Part shown: piece after piece, positions 1-53,000 of the stretch
Layout: each line of letters opens with the position of its first letter
How positions within the stretch are numbered: the stretch's first letter is position 1
Assembly: GCA_002633005.1 (NCBI GenBank)
Contig: NMRA01000152.1
Span: 484,594-548,593, forward strand
Source: Phoronis australis
Taxonomy: Eukaryota > Animalia > Phoronida
Reading direction: 5' to 3'
DNA length: 64,000 nucleotides
The notes under the pieces: generated by a model
Database searches by the model: none
What the model saw: the letters and a program-made list of their open reading frames with translations, nothing else
What the model was told of the DNA's origin: nothing
Position numbers and translations under genes: made by a program

Positions 1-91
1 GACTTGAAAGACAAGTTGAGATATTTGAGAAGACAATAGAAAATGTTCTACCATACTAAGAGTTTAATGCATGGTTTGTGTAAAGACTCAC

Positions 92-40329
<40,238 letters not shown>

Positions 40330-40744
40330 CATCGGTTTACAAGCGAATTTTTGCGATGGCTATGCTCTTCTCACGCATCATGATCGAGTATTTTGGATGT
40401 TCTTGCGCATGCTCTGAGAATAAATTTTCCATATTTGGAAACAGGTTCCCTTAAGTGTGGGTCACGATATTTATGTGCTAAAATTCAAATATCAATATAT
40501 TGTAGCATTAAAATCTCACAATTCTTCTATAGATATTTTTATTTATATTTTTAAATACATATATGTTCATAAATAGGAAATTCAACATTTTTTATTTGTT
40601 TGGAGAACAAATGGTGTTTCTACTTTTAGAACCAACATTATCTCAACACGAAATACTCGTTCGATTGTCGGAGAAAGAAATATGAAAGAGGAAGCGGAAC
40701 ATGGTTGAAGTTTGGTTCGCGATATTCCAGGAAAACACTTTCAG
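40330..40744. promoter_or_regulatory. Putative bidirectional promoter and 5' UTRs of NF1 and spinster
   Basis: Divergent start codons about 415 bp apart; NRF1-like TGCGCATGC at 40404-40412; ETS-like GGAAG/CGGAA motifs near 40690; AT-rich core. Confidence 0.6.
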
Positions 40745-41069
40745 ATGACCCGAAACTTCGAGCCACTCGATGATTCTGTTTTACTCTACGATCTAAACGA
40801 TTACGCGGAGTTCGGAGGCCTCGAGTTCGACAACGAAGATAACATGGAACCAAATCATTTGGCAAATGCCGATGACCGTGAAAACTTAATTCCCGGGGTC
40901 ACGGTTTCAAGCTCATCAATCGTAGACAATGAGTACGGCCATTCAGACGCCGTTACATACAGTGGTTCTGTTCCGAGAACAAGGACCTCAAAGCGGAAAA
41001 GTTACATAACCGTAGCTGTACTGGTGTTCGTCAACCTCTTAAATTATATGGATAGATTTACTATTGCAG
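40745..41069 (+). CDS. spin: spinster exon 1
   Basis: ...[22 protein letters not shown], donor GTTGGT. Confidence 0.88.
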
Positions 41070-44000
41070 GTTGGTCAGAGCCAGAGGTCACCATCTCATG
41101 TCAACTGATTGGCTACTTGAACGAGACACTAAAGCTGTTTTACACAAGAGATAGTTGTCATCGTGTCAATTGTCACGGCGCGACTTGATCTTCTTTAGTC
41201 GCATTTACACGACATAAGGTCACAAACTGGATCATCATGAAGACTGTCTGCACATGCTTGTGTAAATAGTAGTGAATGTCTAAACCACAGTAATTCCAGC
41301 AGATCGCAAGCGCATTGAAAGATGGTCCATTTTTGCCCTGCCCCAGTTGTTTTAGACGTGTAGTTGACACTGGAACAACTGATCGAGTGTAATTCGCTCT
41401 ACCTATCAAACTGGTGTCAAAAAATGGCTGCCGCGATAGTGTCGCTCGCTCTGTGTCAGTGGACGAGTGGTGTTTATACACACTTGCACTGGAGCATCTG
41501 TTCCGTGTTAGCTACGCTGGGTCAGCTGTCTCTCGTGTAAATGCGGCTTAAGACAGTACCACCGCCTGTACTGGGCCGTTTCAGGCTGTGGCCATCTCAT
41601 GGGGCCGCCATACGCCGTAAGCTTTACGGTGAATCATGCCTCCAACTGATTGAACCATGACAAGTTATGTTGCTATTAGTACCTTTTGTGCTTACAGGGA
41701 CACCCCAGGTTTCTGTTGATTTTCTTAAGACTTTAAATCTTCCCAAGTACAAATACTCCCACAATCAACCTTTTTTCGAATTTTCCTTCGTTCAGTTACC
41801 CAAATCAACAACTGGCCATTTTTTCAAAGGTCAATCCAAGATGGACAAAACCATCTCAATTGGCCTCAGCAGAGATGGTGGTCATCCCATAAGCTCACCC
41901 GATGAAATGCCCATGGGCGTTTATTAAAAAATTATGCTCATGGGCGTTTATTTGGTGTTACAACTTCTGATGTCACGTGCCCAGAGACTGGGGCATTTAT
42001 TTAGAAATTATCCTCTTAAAAGCCCGCTAAGCGTCAACGTTTAGTCACAAATTCAGTTTTGTGGGGCATTTATCATTTTAGAAAGGAACAAAGTGCTAGC
42101 GAACTATGCGTTTAATTTTATTAACACGTTTTAAGTAAAAAATGTCAATGTCAGGAAACCTATGACTTTCCATTTATACGCCCACATTTTCCGAATAAAT
42201 GCTCGGGCGTTTATTTGGTGTTACTAGAACGTCTAAAAATTTCTATTTTCCGAGTACATGCCCATGGGATTATCTACGGAAAATCCTGGTAAAAGTCGGT
42301 GACCCAAATTTAAGAATCTCCTGCCGAGATAGACCACCATTTAAAAATTGCACATCCTCTTATTCTTGGTTGATTTGTGCCGAGAATTTATACCAATCTC
42401 AGAAGTCATTGAAACTTGTCTTTTGCATTTCTCGAAACGTTTTGTGTTACTGTCTGTCTGTCAGCAGATTACGGATTTCTGTCTTCTGACTTTGCAGACA
42501 GATTTTCTGACTTTCAGCCCTTGACTGATTTTTGTGAAGCTGGTTAAGCTACCTGTAGACTTGTTTTTTGCCGAAAGACAGTTGAGCCAATCGGCTCTTC
42601 AAGAAACAAATCCTTGATCTGTGTGTGCTATAGTTCAGTTGCACCATAGATTATAGACAACAGATACGCAACTCCAACATTTTCTTGCGTACTATCCTAG
42701 AGGAGCCGCCAATCTCCTAAATTACCAATTTCATTTTCCGGTTAGTGTATTGTGACGGGAAATTCTCGCAACTATTTTACTGTCCAGTGCAACGAAAACA
42801 AAATAATTTCGGCATTGAAACGCTGTTCAAAGTCTTCCAATAATAGAACTGTTGGTATCGTGAGTACTTTTGGCACCCGACCACTCAACAGCCAACCATG
42901 AATAGCAGACGACATACTTGCCGGAATTAAAACTTGCTAATTGTGATTCCCGAAGAATAGTTCTAAGACGTGCAAATGTTGAATTTCCAATTGTGGAAGT
43001 GGATTATAATGATTGGCCCATTTTGGTGCTGCTGCAATGGATATTACAGCTGATACGTTTCTAATCATGTAAATCAAGGAATGTTAACTCGCTGATACTA
43101 AAATAACTTGTAAAAACTTTGGTATGACTCAATACAAATAATATGTATGCACAGCGCTTTGTGTGATTTACTTGATTTTTTTCGTGTTTTGTAGGTGTAT
43201 TAGAAGATGTTCAGCAATATTTCCATATACATAATCAGATGGCCGGGCTCATTCAGACTTCCTTCATTGTCAGTTACATGCTGTTGTCTCCCCTATTTGG
43301 TTACTGTGGCGATCGCTTCAACAGGAAATACATCATGGCCATTGGGATATTCATTTGGTCTGGCGTTACTCTCGCAAGTTCATTTATCCCTGGAAACGTA
43401 AGTTGCTTTTGAAGGAAGTAATAATATGGTTTAGAATCCAGTCAGCAAATGACACCAATGCAGTTCAATTAAAGTAAATTAAAACTTCAAAATGAACAAT
43501 TTTGTTTCTAAGTAAAGAAAGTTGATGTTTTATAAGTATTGTCAAATTTCACTCGTTTTCAAAAAGTTGTCTATTAAGTTTGGCTTTAAATATCAAAAAT
43601 TGTGTTCAAAATCTTTAATGAAATCGGGAGAAATTTTTTAAGTTGTTGGTCAGAATTTGTTAAAAAATTGATCGAAAGTCATTCTAAAATTTTAGCGAAA
43701 ACAGAAAGTAGAAACAGGTGAAGCTAGATTATCATTACATAACAGATCGAGAATTATCAGTAAATCGGAAGTGAAATTGTTGAAGAGATTTGCTCTTTTT
43801 ATAATACTGATTTGCAACTTCATTTTTGAAACTCCTGCATTTCATAAATTATGGAATATAAATAGGTATAAATAAAACAACAAGAATGGATGAACTGAAA
43901 TTTTCAGATGTAATAAGTTACATCCTTTGTCAACAGAAACAGAAATAAAGTAAAATCATTACCTATTTATATTCTACATTTCGTGAAACAATAGTATCCT

Positions 44001-47000
44001 TGGGAGGATCTGGATCGCCTTATTTAGTTTCAGATATATTTTCTACGTTATAAATTACGGTAAATGTGAGTTCCTGTATAAAGGTGGTAAATTGTTATCA
44101 TGCTTATCATTCACTATTATGTATAATCGCCGTGCTTTTTGGTTTTGTGATTTTTTTTGCTGTTATATAATAGGTGAAAGTCATACTCGTGTTACGAACC
44201 TTTTGGTATTTTAACATCTCTTTTAATTTTGTGACAGTTTGTGTCATTTCTCTCTGTAACACATTAAAATAATGTTGAATGGTGTTCCTCAGGTTTCCTT
44301 CAGAAAAAGCGGACATAAGATGTGTGTTTAGGGAAGTATACAGTAAAATAGTCAGTGCTGTTCCATGAAAATCAGAGCAAAAAATTATGATGACATGAAA
44401 AAAAATTACTTTTGAGTGTTGCTATGAAAAATGGTATAGTATGAAGCTTTGTTGTCGCACCAGCAGACAATTTACTTTTTCTCTACTCGTCCTTGTAATG
44501 TTTACTATAAAAACATGAACTAACCATTTTCTGTTGCTTGTTCATAGTTATGCTGAATTTCTTACTCACATGGTTGCCAAATGATATTTCTGCTTGAACA
44601 TATATTTTGATGGTAGTATCTCCATCTTGATCAACTACTATTCAATTGGGCCGTCACTTTCTGTTAGACAAAGAACGGACCGAGTCTGGGGTGTACCCTG
44701 CTATTTCGTCATTCAAGTCGTTTATAGCTGTTGAGCGTTAACTAGTTCCATTGCGTGGTAACCTTTGGTCAGTTGGCTAGTCTATGAAAGGGTCATTCAG
44801 GCGATCCCATCGCGCACCAAAAAAACTGCATATCCGCTGTTTTCTTGTTGCTACCAGGCTATTGATATCAGGAATTTGCTTGTGAGGTATATCTGAAATC
44901 AGGGCCCTTGTTCATCGAAGGGGAAAGGTGCATGTGCTTTCTGAGAGGGGAATTTTTTTGGGGGGAGGGGAAAATTCTGCCTCCCGATCACCATCAATAG
45001 CACCTCCCCCCACTCTGTTGCAAGGACTCCTAGCCTCTGCCTCAAGTAGCCAAACCTAACTTTTTTGCTTTTTCAAATTGTCACCTTTATGAGTTACAAG
45101 TGATTCGAACCTCGAGGGAAATTTTTCAAACATTAGAGGGGAATTTTTTTGCCTTATGAGGAGAATTTTGCTAATACTAATAGTTACATTGGGTGGCTAT
45201 CAACTCAATCTCCATCACATAAACCAATTTTTGATTTAGCGCTACTAAATTTGCCTCAAGTTGTTCTGTAAGTTATTACAGGGATTGAAATGAACTGACC
45301 GTTCATAATTGAGCGAGGCATATCCCTACAAGTTGGCTTATCATGACATCATCTCATGTGCCAAGCATAGTCTTAAGGTTCATTGCAAACCCGGAAATCA
45401 CTTATCATTTGAGGAAGGAACTTGTTAAGACCAGTGTGATGAGTGGACTAAATCAAAAGTTCCCTTTAAGTCTGAATGGAAGTGAAACAGGAGGTATCAC
45501 CGGCCATTAGATAACAATAGTTGTTGCCGCATTTGTTTCAGAGACTAAATGATACTTGTTTCCTGGTAAAGTAACGTAACAGGGCACTCAGGAATACAAC
45601 CCAATGGTAGGACAGTCAGAATGCGTGTCTGAATGTCAAAATATTCTTACTAGACTTTCTCAAAGAATTTTAAAAGTGGGTAATCACAGCACTTGTCCTT
45701 TGCCTGTCCACTATTTCTGTCCCATCACTGCTGACAACTTTGTGTATTGGGTTAGAGTTGAAAAATGACCCCTTATCTTTAGCCCTGATAACAAGTTAAG
45801 ACCATCAACACAAACAGCTGTAAAACCTGTGTTTATCAAAGTGTAGCTCTTCAAGCTTCACTTTCTTGGCTGCTGCAGAAACATAAAACAATCGTGTCAA
45901 TTACAAATTTACATTTTGTCGATTCACTACATTCTATTTGTCAATTGTATGACATTTCCCTTGTGTCCCTGTGCTATTTACCACTATGCACTGTAGGTAC
46001 GAATTAAAATGCTGCTATATTTTATGACGTGCATTGCGCATATGTGTCTGAAGCTCCCTAATTTTTCTTCCACTTTAAGATCGGGACTTAGGTCAATGAA
46101 GATAGTGTACCACAGAAACTCCATACATGTTGCTTTACCATGAGGTAAACTCAGATCTGTGGAAACGCCATCACAACTCCCTTTACCTTTATTATTAACT
46201 ACTCTGTGCTACCACAGAGCATTAGTTCTCTGGATCAAACACCAAATAGTGAATATCTCTTTCAGTTTCCATGATTATGTATCATTTTGTGACCTCTAGC
46301 GATTTTCCAATCAGACTGGATTGGATTTAACTTTTCCCATTGCAGGGTAGTCATACCACTTCAGGGTAGTTGCATAACTCCACATTGTTATCCAGCAATT
46401 TTAAAAGGAGTTACTGTGGCTGTTTAAGTCCAAGAATTACTCTTTCCCACTGATTGAAACTCTTAAAAACAAGAGAGATCCAGCGTTGGTGGAAAACTAC
46501 ATGAGTTGCTTGGCAACAGTAGCTCAAGACCTGAAACTGAACTCGTGACCTCACGGCTATGTATTAGTCATGCAGCACTAGGCCACTCACTGTTAGAATA
46601 CTTCACTAGAAATGCTGGTTTTGGAAAGTCTAGGTGCCCGTTTCGTGAAACTTTTTCAGTCTTAACTAAAACCTAAATCGGGCTAACTATAAAACCAGTC
46701 TGTCTTAGCCCCGTTTCATGAAATTTCTTAAGACCAAAATTAAGACCGAAATTGGTCTAACCTAAGGTCTACATACCCTGCTATGAGTTGGCTTAAGATC
46801 GGGCTTTTATTTAAATGGCCAAAATTTACGACTATCATCACTGTAAACTGTTGAGAAAAAATTTGTTGATATTTTTCACATTTCGTAATTTCATGGCTCC
46901 AAACTATGTCAAATTGAAGATCTTCTGCTTTCGATTCGAATAGCTGTAATGCACCATAGAGGAAGAGACGATACAGTGCAACTTATCTGCAAATCTAAAG

Positions 47001-50000
47001 AGATATTTTCCAGCCATATTATATCTTCTCAAGTGAACTTGATTTTGAGTGTACTTATTGCTCCAAAAAAAGCGTAAATAAATCTCACTATAGTTTCAAG
47101 ATTGTGGTTATTCTCAAAACCAGATTTCACAAATGACCTTGCTAAGTTTTGTGACTTCACAACAGGTGGCAAAAGAATAGTTATTTTGCTCGTCTCCAAC
47201 TTTATGATAGTCTAAGTTGAGACCAGATACCGTAAACGACTTTGTATTCATGAAACGGTCTTTTCTGGATTAATTTTTTATCTTGCTTTTTAACTTGGCC
47301 CAAATTTCCGTCAAATATGTGGTCTAAGTCTTGTGTCTTACAAGGCTTAAAAGTCACTTTTCATGTCACAGGCCTCAAATACACTCCCGTATGTAATAAA
47401 AGCCTGTATTAAACTCATTGCATTGTTTTTCAGACTCATCACAGGCTATCCAAACCCATTACACTCCTTTATGAGTCATGAAAAGGCTTAATGCGCTGAA
47501 GAAATGAGGCGTTGTAAATAGTCCACTTAAGCTTCCATAGTCGGAATGTTCCATTTTTCGTTTCAGCTGTTTCCCGTGTTCCTTTTCTTACGAGCAGTTG
47601 TGGGTGTGGGGGAAGCCAGCTACTCTACAATTGCCCCGACAATCATCGCCGATCTGTTCGCCAAGGAGGCCAGAACAAAAATGCTCGCCATATTTTATTT
47701 TGCAATACCCATTGGAAGGTAACTCATTTCAACTACTATTTTGACTGCTAATTATACCATGATCAAGACACTTTGGGGACATGACCAGTGTTAATTTCTT
47801 TTTAAAAATATAGACTACATGAAGCTTCAGTCTCATTGGTGACACTGTCAGACCAGTGTTCCCTGACTTTTGTTGCCATGGTGATGTGTTTATCAGCTGG
47901 ACTGATCTCTGCATCTGCCCTGGTTTGGCGTCAAAGAATATGCAAGTTTTTCAACTTGTCCTGAGATTTTTATTTGATGCGCAGCCTCTTTTGATGGAAT
48001 TTTTTAGAATGTTCAGTATTTATCCAACTATCAGAGTGCATTTCATGTGTTTTTAAATGGTCTTGATGTTACCTGTATGGTGTTTTCAGTATAAACCAGA
48101 ACATTTTCTTTTTTACTGATGAAGATACGGGAACTCAGCAGACACTGAACAGAACGCAGTGCCAGGGTTGGAAATTACCGAACTCTAAATGCGTCAGGAT
48201 TTTGCATTTGAGCTTCTAAATACTTTCGTGAGACGAAATTTTTGCATCTTGAAATAAGTCGCTTATTAAAGTACTTGGGACCACACATATCACAGTGCTG
48301 CCCACAGACGCCAGCCTGGTATCCTGGTTGTGCACTGCACCGCGATGTGCTGCTTCTTAACGGGGAAATTGCTCGTTGGCTGGCTAAAGTGCATTGCTTT
48401 TTAATTCGATCGGTTAGGATGCAAGTGTGACATGTTGCTGGCCTGGTTTCGACTCCTGCTTTCTCAAGTGGATTTTTCTCCATATTGCACAAGAACTGTG
48501 TCCTAAATTGGTGAGATTCTAAAGCCCCAGTGTATCACATAAAAGGATATTGAAATAAAGATCATTTACGTTCTCTTGAATTACTATTCAAGGCGACAAG
48601 CTGAGGGTTGATCCAGAGTGTAACTACAGCCTCTATTTCCATTTCAGTGGTTTGGGTTATATTGTTGGTTCCAATGTGGCTGGGGCACTCGGCCATTGGC
48701 AATGGGCTTTAAGGGTAAGACACTGACAAGTTCAACAGAGTTATTGCTTAAAAATATCCTAACTTTTAGCTTTCATTACTTTCCATAACATTTCTTTAAA
48801 TGTATTATTTGACAGATTTTGATGAATATGTCATTTTTTTAATATACCATACATGTAGTTTCAGTGTGAGAATGTGTCAAGTAGAAATTGTTGCTAAATG
48901 CAATTTCAATATGTAAGTCTCGATGTGGCCAACAGGTGGTGAGCAGACCAGACTTAAAAATGTTAGCTGAATGCTATCATTGTTTACTATTTACGATCAT
49001 TGATGTCATTATAGGTGACCCCCATTCTTGGTGCTCTGTCCCTAGTTTTCATACTGGTGTTCACGGTGGACCCCCCTAGAGGCGAGTCTGAAGGGGGCAC
49101 ACAACTCCATGCTACCCGATACGTCGACGACTTGAAACACTTGGTTAGAACGTAAGTGTGTAATTGCCCAATCATGTCATTGATATGAGAGTTTAATCAA
49201 ATTAGTGACTCCACTTTCACTTGGTCGACTTGGAAACTTTGTCATTATGAAAAGAAAGGTTTACTGTGATAATTGAATTCCATATTAAAAGTTATTGTAA
49301 GCTTGTAATTTAGATAATGTGTGTTATGCTGCTAGCCTGCTCCAAGAGTCGTGCAATACCTTCACTGAACTGATGGGAACACTAACGCTTAACTTCACAG
49401 TTAGCCATACTTAACATTGAAGCTTCGGTAGTATTGAAGTTACTGTATGGGAAAGGGTGTTTAGCTGGATGGGAAAGTTATTGTTAATAAGACAAGACCG
49501 GGTTTGGTATCCTCTTTAAAAGGACATGAAAATCAAAAAAGCATAGATGGAGACATCTGTGCCCTCTACAAACATAATTGCAAAGTGGAGGAGACGTGAT
49601 AACAAGGGTGTGTGTACAGAATTCCTCTCAGTTTGTCATCTTGTCACGCCAATTTTGTTATTCGATATGATTAACAGAACGCTGCTGTACTTAGGTACAA
49701 TTTTGTGTCGGTTGGCTATGAAACAGTGACTCTCAAGGTAAAGAAAGTAAAGAAAGCAGTCAGACTTAATTTGTTGTTGTAATCATTATTTTTTTCTGCT
49801 GGCTTATGGTATCTGATTGAAATTCCTGGGAACCTTGGACCTGAGTGAACTTTGACCCGAGTGAACTAAACCAGAACTGCTTGACTGTTCCATTTTTATC
49901 ATGAGATGTCTGGTTTGATTTTGGTTTTGTTAAACTGATCTATCAAGTTAGCATCTGTGACTGTCACAGAACATTTATCTTTAACCTTTTCTGTTTTGTT

Positions 50001-53000
50001 TGTGACCTGTTCCTTTTTAGAGGTAACTTTTATCATTTCACTGTTCAAAACTTTCTCGGCACTTGACTGTTGGTGAAGTATGGTTTTACTCACATCAGCA
50101 GTGAAGTTTTCAATGGCCCTTATTGGTAGTTATTACATTATCTCCCTTGTCTTGCACTAATAAATATGAACAGTGCTTTAAGTAGTATGGACTCTTATTT
50201 TGTTTTTATGTTGTCTTGAAGTTCCTATGTCATGACAGTGAGAATTCACTGAAAATGTGCAGTTTTGTGCACTATTGAGTTGGGGAATGTGATTTCATTG
50301 TGCACCCACATGCATGTGTTGCGGCCGTCCACTATATCCTAAACCCCTGGCAGGATCTTCATCAAATTTGGCAGATGTGTTTCTATTACTGATCAAGCTG
50401 TGTCCCCTATTGGCAATTTTAGTTTTTATGCGCATTATGCAGTCATCCCTGTCCATTTGGCTGGCCAGCATCCATCCAGTGTCTAGCATCCGCTGCCTAT
50501 CTCCAAAACCCTTGGATTCATGAAATTTTGCAGATCTATGTGTTTCATAGATGAGGTGACATGAGCGAATTTTCGGATGTACCCAAACACCGGTTAATCT
50601 CCTAGTGGCAATTTTATTTTTTTGCGTTTACCTCTGTATCGTAGTTCCAACATATTTTCATATTTTTTGGCAAATAGGTAGATGATGTGTTTTGTATATT
50701 TGAAAATCAGCAGTCAGCCCAAGAATTTTTGGTGTATTTAAACTCGAGGCATCCTAATTTGAAATTCAGTGTAGAATTAGAGGTCGATAACAATTTGCCA
50801 TTTCTGGACGTGTTAGTAGAGCGTGAGGGTACCTCAGTGATAACATCAGTATTTCATAAGAAGACCTACACAGGACTGTACACTTGTTTTCATAGCTTCA
50901 CATCCTTTGTTTATAAAGTAGGTCTCATTAAAACGCTAATAGACAGGGTATATCGCATTAACAACACTTGGGCTAGATTTGATTCTAATATCAAAGAACT
51001 TACAACGAATTTGCAAAAGAATGGCTATCCCCTAGAATTAGTCAATAGGGTACTGAAAGCAAGACTCCAACGTAACCCTGATGATGTTCATCCTGTAGAC
51101 AAAACTAACTACAAGTACTTTAAAATACCCTATGTTGGGTTTTACGCCAAAATTGCTCAACGAAAACTCAACAAATTGGTGAATGATTACTGTGTGAACT
51201 TAAGAGTTGTATTAACATTCAAGTCTCTAAAACTGTCGAGTTTATTTAACCCTAAGGACAAAATTTCTATGGGTCTACGGTCCAAGGTTGTATACAAATT
51301 TATCTGTGCTGGATGTGGCTCCAGTTATATAGGCGAAACTGTTCGCCATTTGAAAACCAGGACCAAGGAACATCTAAATTCTGACAGTAATTCACATGTA
51401 AATATTCACCTGCAGAGCTCCAATCATTGTTATCAGCAGTGCTCTTTCAATGACTTTGCAATAATAGACCAGGCAATAACAACAAAGGAGCTTAAAATTC
51501 GTGAGGCTTTACATATCAGTTGGTGCAAGCCCAATCTCAATAGGGAACTGACACACCACAGGTTGTCATTGTTGGTGTAGTTCATTGTCACTCCCTGTAA
51601 CTGACTATCTGTGCTTCATTACTTGTTGCTGGGCCTAGCTGGGTGGCCACTGTATTATGACTTCTGAGGATGGTGTTTAATAAATGACACCGAAACATGT
51701 CAAGTTTTAAAACCGTTGTTGTTTTCATGAACATATCTATTAGTGAGATGATGCCACCCTCCCATTTTCGGATGGATTTGAGGTATTTTGCACCAACCAG
51801 TGGCCATTTTTACTGTTCTCTGGTCTATGTTTGGCATCCGTCCCTGTATCAGCCAAGCCACTCTAAGGATGATTATGTAAATTGGCTTTTATGTTCCGAC
51901 TGGGAAGAGGATGGATGACGATGATTTTCAGATGGTTTTGACTACTGTGGCATCTCTTAGTAGCAGTTTTGTTTTTTGTGTTTGGATGTACCTGCTAAAC
52001 CCTATGCAGGATCTTTATTAAATTTTGGCAAGTGTATATATGTGAAGTTGGCAACAGACAATGATTATTTTGGAACAGATCTGACAACCACTGTGCCGCC
52101 TAGTGGCAATTATATTTTTCCATTTTCCTCTGAATCTTCCTCAATGGATTTTATGAAAGTTGGTAAATAGAGGCAATGACGTATTCCTGTTTGCTGGATC
52201 TTTTTTCAATTTGGCGAGTGCGTATTTGTATGAAGGTGACAATGAACCATTTTGCTCAGTATCTTCAGAGTTCTGTGACGAATTTTCAAGAAATTTGGCC
52301 ATTACGTTTTTTATGAGACAGGCAACGGTGTCTATCCATTTTTAGACTTGTCCGACATATTCTATGCCACCTAGTGGCCATTTTCATGATACTGATTAAC
52401 ACCTCTATTAGCATACTATTTGCCATGCAGTTGTGGGCTCTCTGTGCATTGCTCTTGTATAAACTGTGACAGTATCAAATGCTTCATTCCTCAGTCCATA
52501 CTGTTCAGTTTATGACCAGGGCACTATCGACCTTGTTTTTGTTTTGCTCGTTGATTGGTGCAACTCAGCGTGGTTGTGTTGTAGTTGAAGCATTACTGTT
52601 TGCCTATTGGTGATTTTCACAGTGGGCGGACAGTTGCAGTCATGTGTCATGCAGTGTTCACCTGAGGCTGTGTTTTTACATCATTTGAATCGATTGAACA
52701 ATGGTTTTTCGTAGTGTCGGTGAAGATATGGAATAAGTTGTATCAACTTACTCAGAGACTTTGTGAGGAGGCAGTGTGGCCTGGTTGATAAGTGCCCGCT
52801 TTCTTTACTCGAGGTCGTGGGTTCGAGTCCCACCAGGTCACACTGCTAAACCCTTGAGCCAGGTTTCTAGCTCCTCAGCTCGGTTTTAACCATATATTAA
52901 TAAAGCATAAAAATATTTCCAGGTGATCAGTGCAATGGGCCCACATGTGAGGCCTGCGCACGTCTGGTACAACGTGTGTCAGACCGCCTGCAATTATTTT

